NCBI GenBank assembly: GCA_965250005.1
Contig: OZ252279.1
Location: forward strand, 660,001 to 692,000
Length of the DNA stretch: 32,000 nt
Source: Demequinaceae bacterium
GTDB taxonomy: Bacteria; Actinomycetota; Actinomycetes; Actinomycetales; Demequinaceae
Direction of reading: 5' to 3'
Below the pieces are notes generated by a model. It had not been told where the DNA came from. It saw only the letters and a list, made by a program, of their open reading frames with translations, and ran no database searches. The position numbers were made by a program, and so were the translations under genes. Below, piece after piece: positions 7,772 to 16,191 of the stretch. Position 1 is the first letter of the stretch; each line of letters starts with the position of its first letter.

Positions 7772-8455
7772 GTGAACGCAAGATTGAAGAATCTAGGAGT
7801 GGTCGTAGCAGTTCTCGGCCTGGTTTTCGTGGCAGGTGGCGTATTCGCCTTCACGCAGGTCAAGGCGGGTAGCGACTCGATCAATGCTTTCAGCACCGAG
7901 CAAGACGTGGTCCTCAACTACAACGAAGACGGCGAACTGGTCGACCGCGGCCAGACCGAAGGCGCGCAGGCGATTCTGGCGCTGCTTCGCGACGACTGGG
8001 GCTACTCGGTAGTCGACAGCGACCTCAACTCTGACGACCCGGTCATCAACACCGCAACCGAGTACATGTTCCAGATGGCGACCATTTCCTACCACGTGCT
8101 TCACGGCACTCAGTCGGTCACGCTCACCGAGGACAAGGAATACAACGGTGAGGACTTCCCCGCCGGCACCTATGACGTTGCAGTTGACGGCCGCTACTGG
8201 ACCGACTTTGACCGCTCGCACCCGCTCGAGGGTCCGGCACGTGGACAGGCATGGAGCGGCACCGCTCACGCCCTGATCGCGGAGCTCGGCGTCGGCGCTG
8301 TGACGGCTTCGACTCTTCAGCTTGGATACGGCATCTCGGCCCTCATCGTGGGCCTAGGTGGCACGTTCATCCTGCTAGGCGCTGGCCTCGTGTGGGCAGT
8401 CCGCCCGGTCGCGGCAGCACCTGCCAAGGCAGTTGCCAAAGCAAAGAATAAGTAG
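7772..8455 (+). CDS. Hypothetical membrane protein (N-terminal TM anchor, about 150-aa acidic exposed domain, C-terminal hydrophobic segments, Lys/Ala tail)
   Basis: GTG start is preceded by a strong AGGAGGA (7759-7765). It has an N-terminal TM (LGVVVAVLGLVFVAGGVFAF) and a C-terminal hydrophobic region (ISALIVGLGGTFILLGAGLVWAV). I recognise no family. Confidence 0.75.
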   Translation: MNARLKNLGVVVAVLGLVFVAGGVFAFTQVKAGSDSINAFSTEQDVVLNYNEDGELVDRGQTEGAQAILALLRDDWGYSVVDSDLNSDDPVINTATEYMFQMATISYHVLHGTQSVTLTEDKEYNGEDFPAGTYDVAVDGRYWTDFDRSHPLEGPARGQAWSGTAHALIAELGVGAVTASTLQLGYGISALIVGLGGTFILLGAGLVWAVRPVAAAPAKAVAKAKNK

Positions 8456-8492
8456 TTCACTTTCGGCGACGAAAGCTGCCGGACGCGAAAGC

Positions 8493-8528
8493 AAGAGAGG
8501 GGGGCCCGAACCGGGGTCCCCCTCTCTT
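8493..8528. terminator. GC-rich hairpin, probable bidirectional intrinsic terminator between convergent genes
   Basis: aagagaggggg (8493-8503) pairs with ccccctctctt (8518-8528), and the loop has further internal ccc/ggg pairing. Short T runs follow on both strands. Smaller hairpins flank it, including ctttcg-gcga-cgaaag at 8460-8475. Confidence 0.55.
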
Positions 8529-8565
8529 GTGCGCTTGACGAGTGCGGCCCGCAAGTCGCCGCGCG

Positions 8566-10740
8566 CTAAGCCTTGATCTTCTTCTGCAACGGCCACCACG
8601 CCGCACGATCGAGGTCGTAGATCGCGCCAGGGACAAGCAACGTACGGACGACTAGCGTGTCGATGAGTACGCCGACTGCGACGATGAAAGCAAGCTGCAG
8701 CAAGAACAGGATGGGCACGAACGCGAGCGCGCTGAACGTCGCCGCGAGCACGACTCCCGCAGACGTAATAACGCCACCCGTGACCGCGAGCCCACGCCGC
8801 ACACCCTCGCGCGTTCCGCGTGTGAGCGACTCCTCACGTACTCGCGACATCAGGAAGATCGAGTAGTCGACCCCGAGCGCGACGAGGAACACAAACGAAA
8901 ACAGCGGGACTCCGGAGTCCGAGCCCGGGAAGTGGAACACGTGGTTGAAGAATACTGCCGAGACGCCGATCGTTGCAGCGAACGACAGCAGGTTGGCCGC
9001 CACGATAATGAGCGGCGCAACTACTGCACGTAGCAGGAAGATCAGCACCAGGAGGATGACCACGAGCACCGTCGGAATGATGATCGTGATGTCACGGTCG
9101 GTCGTCAGGTTGATGTCGAGGCCCGTTGCGGCGGATCCACCCACGAGCGCCGTGGGGTCAACCTGCTGTACCGCCGCGCGCACGAGGAGGACGATGTCCT
9201 TCGCCTCCTGCGTGCTTGCGGACACATTCGAAACGACGTCGATCGCGACGCGGCCATCAATGACGACGGGCGGCTCAGGAACGACTCCGCCTGGGGCGCC
9301 CTGAATCACCGCGGGCGTCAGCGCGTAACCCGCAGACACCCCGTCCACACCGACCGCAGCGGCGATGACGTCCTCGAACGTCGCCTCCGACGCGTCGATG
9401 GTAATTGGGTCGGTCTGACCCGCGTCGAAGTGCGCCTCGAGAATGTCGAATCCGGCGAGCGACTCGACCTCTCCTGTGAACGCGTCGTCGTCTCCGATTC
9501 CATCGGCATTGAACGTCGGCAGGAATGCGGCGAACGCCATGAGCCCGACGAACGCGGCAACCCATGTTCTGCGCGGGTGCGCTGCCACTGAGGCGGACAC
9601 GCGCCCCCAGACGCCCGCGTTGCGCTCGACCTCCACAAGGGAATCGACATGGTCAACGTCTTCGGGGTGGAATGTAGGCTTTTTCGGCCAGAAGATGCCG
9701 CGCGAACGCTTGCCTGCGATGAGCAGCAGGCCAGGAAGCAGCGTGGTCGCTGCAAGCACCGCGGAGACTATTCCGAGCGCGGCCACGGGTCCGAGTGACT
9801 GGTTCGAGGTGAGGTTCGAGAGCAACAGCGTCAGCAGCCCAAGAATGACCGTGACGGACGACGCGAGGATCGGTTCAAGCGAGCGCCTCCACGCTACGCG
9901 CATGGCCTCGTAGGTGCTGTCGTGCCGCCTCAGTTCCTCGCGGTAGCGCGCCACAAGAAGCAGGCCGTAGTCCGTCGTGGCGCCAACCACGAGGATCGAC
10001 ATGATGCCCTGGCTCTGGCCGTTGAGGGCAATCGCGCCAGAGTCGGCAAGGTAGTACACGACGAGCGCAGCGAGCCCCAGAGCGAACACAGCGGTCGAGA
10101 GCACTAGCAACGGCAGCCACGGGCTGCGGTAGACCAGCACCAGAATAATGAAAACGGCACTAAGCGCGAAGATCAGCAGGGTCGAGTCTATCCCGCTGAA
10201 CGCAGCGACCTGATCCACGAAAATCCCGATGGGACCGGTCAGGTAGGCGGGAGTTTCACTCTCCTGCTCTGCCCAAATCTCGCGCAGTGTCTCGCCCAGT
10301 ACGAATCCCAGGCGCGATTCTCCCGCACGCTCGAACACGAGGTCAAACGGGATCTCAAATACGGCGACGATCGCCTCGCCGTCGTGAGATGACGCGATGA
10401 AAGGCTCGCCCTCAACGAGGTCTCCTATGAGGCGGGCGTCTTCCTCGGAGACGGGCGAAGACAGCGCCTCAGCAACGAAGCTGTCGACCTCAGCCATCGC
10501 GGTGGCATCGATACCGCCGTCGAATACATAGATTGCCGGCAACGTGTCTGCACTCGTGAACTTCGACCTCTCGATTCCTGCGAGTGTCGACTCGGCTTGT
10601 GCCGGCAGGAACGACGAGGCGTCGTTCTCCTGCACCTCGGAGAGCTTGCCGTTATAGCTGCCGCCAACTCCTCCGACGGCGAGCCACACAATCAGCACCG
10701 GAATCAGGGCGGCCGGTCGGATCCAACTCGCAAGTTTCAT
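8566..10740 (-). CDS. MMPL family (RND superfamily) transporter
   Basis: About 12 predicted TM segments in two blocks, each preceded by a large soluble loop. The typical N-terminus MKLASWIRPAALIPVLIVWLAVGG...GKLSEVQENDASSFLP is present. I chose the ATG at 10740 because the track start at 10815 would overlap the lipB start. Confidence 0.88.
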   Translation of the reverse strand: MKLASWIRPAALIPVLIVWLAVGGVGGSYNGKLSEVQENDASSFLPAQAESTLAGIERSKFTSADTLPAIYVFDGGIDATAMAEVDSFVAEALSSPVSEEDARLIGDLVEGEPFIASSHDGEAIVAVFEIPFDLVFERAGESRLGFVLGETLREIWAEQESETPAYLTGPIGIFVDQVAAFSGIDSTLLIFALSAVFIILVLVYRSPWLPLLVLSTAVFALGLAALVVYYLADSGAIALNGQSQGIMSILVVGATTDYGLLLVARYREELRRHDSTYEAMRVAWRRSLEPILASSVTVILGLLTLLLSNLTSNQSLGPVAALGIVSAVLAATTLLPGLLLIAGKRSRGIFWPKKPTFHPEDVDHVDSLVEVERNAGVWGRVSASVAAHPRRTWVAAFVGLMAFAAFLPTFNADGIGDDDAFTGEVESLAGFDILEAHFDAGQTDPITIDASEATFEDVIAAAVGVDGVSAGYALTPAVIQGAPGGVVPEPPVVIDGRVAIDVVSNVSASTQEAKDIVLLVRAAVQQVDPTALVGGSAATGLDINLTTDRDITIIIPTVLVVILLVLIFLLRAVVAPLIIVAANLLSFAATIGVSAVFFNHVFHFPGSDSGVPLFSFVFLVALGVDYSIFLMSRVREESLTRGTREGVRRGLAVTGGVITSAGVVLAATFSALAFVPILFLLQLAFIVAVGVLIDTLVVRTLLVPGAIYDLDRAAWWPLQKKIKA

Positions 10741-10801
10741 ACGCACATCTTCCACCAGAAGGGGGAACGTTTGCACACTACCGCCGGTTAGCCTTGAGGC
10801 A

Positions 10802-11500
10802 ATGGAAATACTCACACTCGGGCTGGGCGAGCGTCACGTGGATTATCGCGAGGCGTGGGAGTTTCAGCGCACCGTGCACGCGGAAGTCGCCGCGGGCACG
10901 CGCCCGGACACGCTCATCCTCGTGGAGCACCAGAGCGTCTACACCGCGGGCAAGCGCACGGCCACGCGCGACCGGCCCGCGGATGGCACGGCGGTCGTGG
11001 ACGTGGACCGCGGCGGGCGCATCACCTGGCACGGCCCGGGCCAACTTGTGGGCTACCCGATCATCAAGCTCGCCCACCCCATCGACGTCCTCAAGTACGT
11101 GCGCGCGCTCGAGCAGGCGACCATGGACCTCCTTGACACGTACGGCCTGAAAACCGTGCGCGTCGACGATCGCTCGGGGGTGTGGCTGCCGGCCAACGCC
11201 AACCAGCGCGAGCGCAAGGTGTGCGCGATCGGGGTGCGCGTGGCCAAGGGCGTGACCATGCACGGCTTCGCGCTCAACTGCAATCCAGACATGGATGAGT
11301 TCGGGCGGATAGTCCCGTGCGGCCTCGACGACGCCGACGTCGCTTCATTGAGCCACGAGTTGGGCCGCGATGTCGCGATAAGTGAGGTGACTGCGCCGCT
11401 CGTGGGATTCCTCGAAATCGCGCTGGCGGACATACGCTGGTCCACGTCAATACCCGACGGCGCTGCGCGATCCGCTGCGCCAGCAAAGGAGGGCGCGTGA
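10802..11500 (+). CDS. lipB: Octanoyltransferase (lipoyl(octanoyl) transferase)
   Basis: Motifs [27 protein letters not shown] (catalytic Lys) and PCG are present. Confidence 0.95.
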   Translation: MEILTLGLGERHVDYREAWEFQRTVHAEVAAGTRPDTLILVEHQSVYTAGKRTATRDRPADGTAVVDVDRGGRITWHGPGQLVGYPIIKLAHPIDVLKYVRALEQATMDLLDTYGLKTVRVDDRSGVWLPANANQRERKVCAIGVRVAKGVTMHGFALNCNPDMDEFGRIVPCGLDDADVASLSHELGRDVAISEVTAPLVGFLEIALADIRWSTSIPDGAARSAAPAKEGA

Positions 11501-12507
11501 CCATCGCACCCGAGGGCCGCAAGATGCTACGCGTCGAGGCCCGCAACGCTGAGACACCCATTGAACGCAAGCCAGAGTGGATCCGTACCACCGCGACCAT
11601 GGGTCCGGCGTATAGAGAGCTCAAGGGTTTGGTGAAGACCGGCGGCCTGCACACGGTTTGCGAAGAGGCTAGCTGCCCCAACATCTTCGAGTGCTGGGAA
11701 GACCGCGAGGCCACATTCCTCATTGGTGGTTCTCAGTGCACCCGGCGCTGCGACTTCTGCCAAATCGACACCGGCAAGCCGGACCCCCTGGACCGCGACG
11801 AGCCTCGCCGTGTCGCGGAGTCCGTCAAGGACATGGGGCTCAAGTACTCGACCGTCACGGGCGTGGCTCGCGACGATCTGCCGGATGGCGGCGCGTGGCT
11901 CTATGCAGAGACCGTTCGCCAAATACACGCACTCAACCCCGGCACCGGCGTCGAGTTGTTGATTCCCGATTTCAACGCTGAGCCCGGCCAACTGGCCGAG
12001 GTCTTTTCCTCGCGCCCGGAGGTTCTCGCCCACAACCTCGAAACCGTGCCGCGCGTGTTCAAGCGCATCCGCCCCGCGTTCACGTACGAGCGATCGCTGT
12101 CAGTCATCACCGCAGCGTCCAAGGACGGCTTCGTCACCAAGTCCAACCTCATCCTGGGCATGGGCGAAACGTTCGACGAGTGCATCGAGGCTCTCCGCGC
12201 GCTGCGCGAGGCAGGCACGGATCTCGTCACGATCACCCAGTATCTGCGCCCGAGCGAGCGCCACCACCCAGTGGACCGCTGGGTTCGTCCGGAGGAGTTC
12301 GTCGAGCTCTCCGACGCCGCAGAGGAGATGGGCTTCCTTGGAGTCATGTCCGGACCGCTGGTGCGCTCGTCGTACCGCGCTGGCCGCCTGTGGGGCCAGG
12401 CGATGAAGAGCAAGGGACGCGAGATTCCCAAGGCCCTGTCCCACCTGGGCGAACCGATGACGGCGCGCCAGGAAGCGTCGTCGCTGTTGCTCACGAAACG
12501 CGACTGA
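11497..12507 (+). CDS. lipA: Lipoyl synthase (radical SAM)
   Basis: Cys clusters [12 protein letters not shown] and CTRRCDFC are present. The GTG start overlaps the lipB stop (GTGA). Confidence 0.95.
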   Translation: MTIAPEGRKMLRVEARNAETPIERKPEWIRTTATMGPAYRELKGLVKTGGLHTVCEEASCPNIFECWEDREATFLIGGSQCTRRCDFCQIDTGKPDPLDRDEPRRVAESVKDMGLKYSTVTGVARDDLPDGGAWLYAETVRQIHALNPGTGVELLIPDFNAEPGQLAEVFSSRPEVLAHNLETVPRVFKRIRPAFTYERSLSVITAASKDGFVTKSNLILGMGETFDECIEALRALREAGTDLVTITQYLRPSERHHPVDRWVRPEEFVELSDAAEEMGFLGVMSGPLVRSSYRAGRLWGQAMKSKGREIPKALSHLGEPMTARQEASSLLLTKRD

Positions 12508-12533
12508 CATCTAGCGCTGGATACACTGAACCC

Positions 12534-13226
12534 ATGGCCAAAGAACAAGCACCCAAGCCCAAGTGGTACGCCGCGATTTTTCAGGCATTCAAGTTCGTGC
12601 GCGAGCACGACAAGAAGTTCCTGCCGATCTTCATCGTCCTCGTCGTCCTGATTCTGGGCGGTGGAGTTACCGTCGGATTCCTGATCGGAACCACGGTGGG
12701 TCACATCTACGCGAATATTTCGGGCGTGCTACTCACGCTATTGGGAACGCTGATCCTGCTCACTGCCCGCGTCGACAAGGCTGCGTTCAACCGGTTTGAG
12801 CACATGCCTGGCGGATCACTCGCGGCGCTTCAGATGATCCGGCGCGGCTGGAAGTTCGAGGACGAGCCCTTCGCGGTCGACGGCCGGGGCAAGGCCATCG
12901 TGTTCATGGGCGTGGGCAAGGGCGGAATCGTCCTCGTCGCCGAGGGTGGAAATGCCGCGCACAAAACGGTCGTCACCACGCGCAAGCGAATCTCAAAGGC
13001 CGTTCCCAGCGTGCCGATACACGAGATCTACATGGGCGACGGGGACAACCAAGTGGGCATCCGCAAGCTCGGCAAAACTGTGAAGCGCCTCAAGCGAGTC
13101 CTGAGCCGCAAAGAGCGCGCGGTCGTTGAGGCGCGTCTCCACGCACTTGGAGGCGCCCGCCTGCCGGTGCCCAAGGGCATCGACCCCATGCGTGCCCGCC
13201 CCAACCGCAAGGCAATGCGCGGCTAG
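12534..13226 (+). CDS. DUF4191-type integral membrane protein (Rv2219-like)
   Basis: MAKEQAPKPKWYAAIFQAFKFVREHDKKFLPIFIVLVVLILGG... has two TM helices near the N-terminus. Its position after lipA is conserved as I recall. I chose the ATG at 12534 because the track start at 12180 lies inside lipA. Confidence 0.82.
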   Translation: MAKEQAPKPKWYAAIFQAFKFVREHDKKFLPIFIVLVVLILGGGVTVGFLIGTTVGHIYANISGVLLTLLGTLILLTARVDKAAFNRFEHMPGGSLAALQMIRRGWKFEDEPFAVDGRGKAIVFMGVGKGGIVLVAEGGNAAHKTVVTTRKRISKAVPSVPIHEIYMGDGDNQVGIRKLGKTVKRLKRVLSRKERAVVEARLHALGGARLPVPKGIDPMRARPNRKAMRG

Positions 13227-13588
13227 ATTCGCCCGATGCGCGTCCCCACCGCGAGGTCGTGCAGGCCTCGGCCCTGTCCGTCCCACACCACCGCCGGGAT
13301 CACGAGGCAGAGCAGCACAGTGCGACCAAGGCCACGGGGAACGCCCACGTAGGGCGTTCCGTCGTCCCGGGTGACGCGCAGTCCAAAGATCTTGTGACCG
13401 AGCGTTGATCCCATGGTCGACACCAGCAACACGTTCTCCGCTGCGAAGATGCCGAGCGTCGCCATGGGGTCCCCACCGAAGAACGCGGACGAGATCGCTA
13501 GCGATGCGAGCCAGTCGACAAAAATGGCGCCGACGCGCCTGCCGAGGTGAGACGACGGGCGGGCGGACTCCGAGGAAGGCGTGTTCAT
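13223..13588 (-). CDS. RDD family membrane protein (Rv2219A-like)
   Basis: RRVGAIFVDWLASLAISS... and the C-terminal GRGLHDLAVGTRIGRI are typical of the RDD family. Its stop overlaps the convergent DUF4191 gene by 4 nt. Confidence 0.78.
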   Translation of the reverse strand: MNTPSSESARPSSHLGRRVGAIFVDWLASLAISSAFFGGDPMATLGIFAAENVLLVSTMGSTLGHKIFGLRVTRDDGTPYVGVPRGLGRTVLLCLVIPAVVWDGQGRGLHDLAVGTRIGRI

Positions 13589-13626
13589 GCCGCAATCGTA
13601 GTGCCGTGTGGCTCATGTGATTTGCC

Positions 13627-13664
13627 GTAATATGCCCGAAACATTGCGAATATGCATGAGTAAC
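13627..13664 (+). promoter_or_regulatory. Putative GlnR-type (OmpR family nitrogen regulator) binding site upstream of glnA
   Basis: GTAAT-n6-GAAAC-n6-AATAT-n6-GTAAC gives four half-sites with 11-bp periodicity. This resembles the published actinomycete GlnR box gTnAc-n6-GaAAc repeated. A TACATT -10-like hexamer lies at 13675-13680, and the AAGGAG RBS at 13715-13720. Confidence 0.4.
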
Positions 13665-13727
13665 GGCGAACCTCTACATTAGGAGTGCCGGAATCAGGCA
13701 CCCATCTTCACATCAAGGAGCACACTG

Positions 13728-15161
13728 ATGTTCAAAGACGCCGCCGAGGCGATCGCCTACGTCAAGAAGGAGAATGTCGAGTACATCGACATCCGCTTCT
13801 GCGACCTCCCGGGCTCGATGCACCACTTCAACATTCCCGCCGCGCAATTCACCGACGACGTCTTCACCGACGGCCAGATGTTCGACGGATCTTCGATCCG
13901 CGGATTCCAGGCCATCAACGAGTCCGACATGAAGCTGCTACCGGATGTTGCTACTGCGTTCATCGACCCCTTCCGCAAGGCAAAAACCCTTGCAATGAAC
14001 TTCTCGATCGTCGACCCCTTCACGGGCGAGCGCTACTCGCGCGACCCGCGCAACATTGCGGCCAAGGCTTCGGAGTACCTGAAGTCCACCGGGATCGGCG
14101 ACACGGCGTTCTTCGCACCGGAGGCGGAGTTCTTCATCTTCGACTCCGTGCGCTTTGACACCAACGAGCACGAGTCGTACCACCACATCGAGTCCTCTGA
14201 GGGTTGGTGGAACACCGGCAAGGAAAACGAGCAGGACGGTACCCCCAACCGCGGATACAAGACGCGCTACAAGGGTGGCTACTTTCCCGTCTCTCCCGGC
14301 GACCAGTTCGCCGACATCCGCGACGAGATGTGCACCGTACTCGCCGAGGTTGGCCTGTCTGTTGAGCGCGCGCACCACGAGGTGGGCACCGCCGGCCAGC
14401 AGGAGATCAATTACCGCTTCAACGAGCTGCTTCACGCAGGCGACGACCTGATGAAGTTCAAGTACGTCGTCAAGAACGTCGCATGGCGCAACGGCAAGAC
14501 CGCGACCTTCATGCCGAAGCCGCTCTTCAACGACAACGGCTCGGGCATGCACGTCCACCAGTCGCTGTGGGCCGATGGCAAGCCGCTCTTCTTTGACGAG
14601 AAGGGCTACGGCGGACTGTCCGACATGGCGCGCTGGTACATCGGCGGAATCCTCAAGCACGCTCCGTCGCTGCTCGCCTTCACCAACCCGTCGGTGAACT
14701 CGTACCATCGCTTGGTGCCTGGATTCGAGGCCCCAGTCAATCTGGTCTACTCGGCCCGTAACCGCTCGGCTTCGATCCGCGTTCCAATCACAGGATCGAA
14801 CCCCAAGGCCAAGCGCATCGAGTTCCGGGCCCCGGACCCCTCGTCCAACCCATACCTCGCGTTCGCGGCTCTCCTGATGGCGGGCATCGACGGCATCAAG
14901 AACAAGATTGAGCCGCCGGCACCCATCGACAAGGACCTCTACGAGCTACCGCCCGAGGAGCACGCCACCATCGCTCAGGTACCGTCGTCGCTTCCCGAGG
15001 TGCTTGACAACCTCGAGACCGATCACGACTTCCTCACCGAGGGAGACGTATTCACGGCTGACCTCATCGAAGAGTGGATCGACTACAAGCGCACCAACGA
15101 GATTGACCCGCTGCGCTTCCGTCCCCACCCGCACGAGTTCGAGCTCTACTACGACTGCTAA
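13728..15161 (+). CDS. glnA: Glutamine synthetase, type I (adenylylation-regulated form)
   Basis: Full-length GSI with N-terminus [29 protein letters not shown]. The adenylylation-site context [11 protein letters not shown] is present, with Tyr at codon 405 (14940-14942). Confidence 0.97.
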   Translation: MFKDAAEAIAYVKKENVEYIDIRFCDLPGSMHHFNIPAAQFTDDVFTDGQMFDGSSIRGFQAINESDMKLLPDVATAFIDPFRKAKTLAMNFSIVDPFTGERYSRDPRNIAAKASEYLKSTGIGDTAFFAPEAEFFIFDSVRFDTNEHESYHHIESSEGWWNTGKENEQDGTPNRGYKTRYKGGYFPVSPGDQFADIRDEMCTVLAEVGLSVERAHHEVGTAGQQEINYRFNELLHAGDDLMKFKYVVKNVAWRNGKTATFMPKPLFNDNGSGMHVHQSLWADGKPLFFDEKGYGGLSDMARWYIGGILKHAPSLLAFTNPSVNSYHRLVPGFEAPVNLVYSARNRSASIRVPITGSNPKAKRIEFRAPDPSSNPYLAFAALLMAGIDGIKNKIEPPAPIDKDLYELPPEEHATIAQVPSSLPEVLDNLETDHDFLTEGDVFTADLIEEWIDYKRTNEIDPLRFRPHPHEFELYYDC

Positions 15162-15179
15162 ACCGTAGTTGGCTCACTG

Positions 15180-15213
15180 ACGGTGGGGTCGCCCTTGCGG
15201 GTGGCCCCACCGT
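15180..15213. terminator. Intrinsic terminator hairpin after glnA, possibly bidirectional
   Basis: acggtgggg (15180-15188) pairs with ccccaccgt (15205-15213), with extra internal pairing (gccc/gggt). It is followed by tttctcgttgtg. It lies between the glnA stop and the stop of the convergent membrane-protein gene. Confidence 0.6.
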
Positions 15214-15261
15214 TTCTCGTTGTGCTTCGAGATTGGCGCCAAGAACTCCCGGCGCACTCCC

Positions 15262-16191
15262 CTAGCGCACGTGCGCTGCGGGGGCCGGCTGCTCGTCGTG
15301 GTCTCTCCTCGAGGATTTCTTGCGCGACAAGGCCTTGACCAGGAAGTACAGTGCGAGCGACGCCACGAACGAGCCGATCCCAAACTGCAGGATGCGGACC
15401 GCGACGCCGTCAATGGTTTCCTGCGGAATGAAATCGACGATCGCGCTGCCGATGGTCCCATCCGCACCACCGCCAGGAATGAACGCGGCAAGCCTCTCCA
15501 CGTTGATGGTCGCCACCAGGAGCCACGCCATCGTCGAGGCGATGCCGAGGCCCAAGAGGAACTTGGGTAGGATCCAGCGCTTGTTGGGCGACACCAGTAT
15601 CCCGAACAAGATCAGACCGAGTCCGATCCAGCCCGCGACCTTCGCGATGCCAGCGATCCACGAGTAGACGTCTCGCACGCGCTCAAAGCTCGAGGCGTCG
15701 AGCACCTGGACAGCGATGGGGGGGACCACAAGATCGTCGGGCACCAGCGCGCCGAGCACCGGCTGGTCCTGCAGCTCTTCGCCAAGGATGGAGCTGAGGT
15801 CCAGGTTGACTGAGAGCGGGGCCGGAGCGCGGTCCTCGCCGGTGAGCTGGTCCGTAAAGTCCGCGTGCGCGGCCCCAACCGCGTCGGCGATTCCGTTCTG
15901 GAAGCTGTCTGACCCAATGAATGACGAGATCACGTCGTCGACAGTGCCATCGAGCCCAATTGCGCTCAGGTCTAATCCCTCGCCCTCCAGGGAATCGCCC
16001 ACAAGCTCTTGCGCCGCCTCGGTCACCAGATTTGTCACCGCCGGGTTGTTCAGCGCGCTACTCGCGAGGTTGGTCACTACCGAGCCATCCTCGATGGTCT
16101 TCACGGCGAAGAACGCCAACGCCCACACGATCAAAGCGATGACACCAAACAGAATGCTGACCGTCGCTATCAGTTTCCTCAAGTGCTTCAC
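15262..16191 (-). CDS. Hypothetical integral membrane protein (N-terminal TM, acidic exposed region, C-terminal TM bundle)
   Basis: The GTG start at 16191 overlaps the glnE stop (GTGA at 16191-16188). TM segments include ILFGVIALIVWALAFFAV, WIGLGLILFGILV and LLGLGIASTMAWLLVATI. I recognise no family. Confidence 0.78.
   Translation of the reverse strand: MKHLRKLIATVSILFGVIALIVWALAFFAVKTIEDGSVVTNLASSALNNPAVTNLVTEAAQELVGDSLEGEGLDLSAIGLDGTVDDVISSFIGSDSFQNGIADAVGAAHADFTDQLTGEDRAPAPLSVNLDLSSILGEELQDQPVLGALVPDDLVVPPIAVQVLDASSFERVRDVYSWIAGIAKVAGWIGLGLILFGILVSPNKRWILPKFLLGLGIASTMAWLLVATINVERLAAFIPGGGADGTIGSAIVDFIPQETIDGVAVRILQFGIGSFVASLALYFLVKALSRKKSSRRDHDEQPAPAAHVR

Noticed and set aside
10741-10815. 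Longer MMPL start at 10815, and similar track extensions at 5339-5443, 12180-12533, 28020-28103 and 29086-29121
   Set aside because: Each extension overlaps a neighbouring gene or lacks an SD. In each case an internal start gives the family-typical N-terminus with a plausible ribosome-binding site.
15264-15277. Perfect 14-nt palindrome agcgcacgtgcgct
   Set aside because: It lies inside the last codons of the 15262-16191 CDS and next to a much stronger terminator hairpin. There is no second copy and no regulatory context, so it is probably chance in GC-rich sequence.
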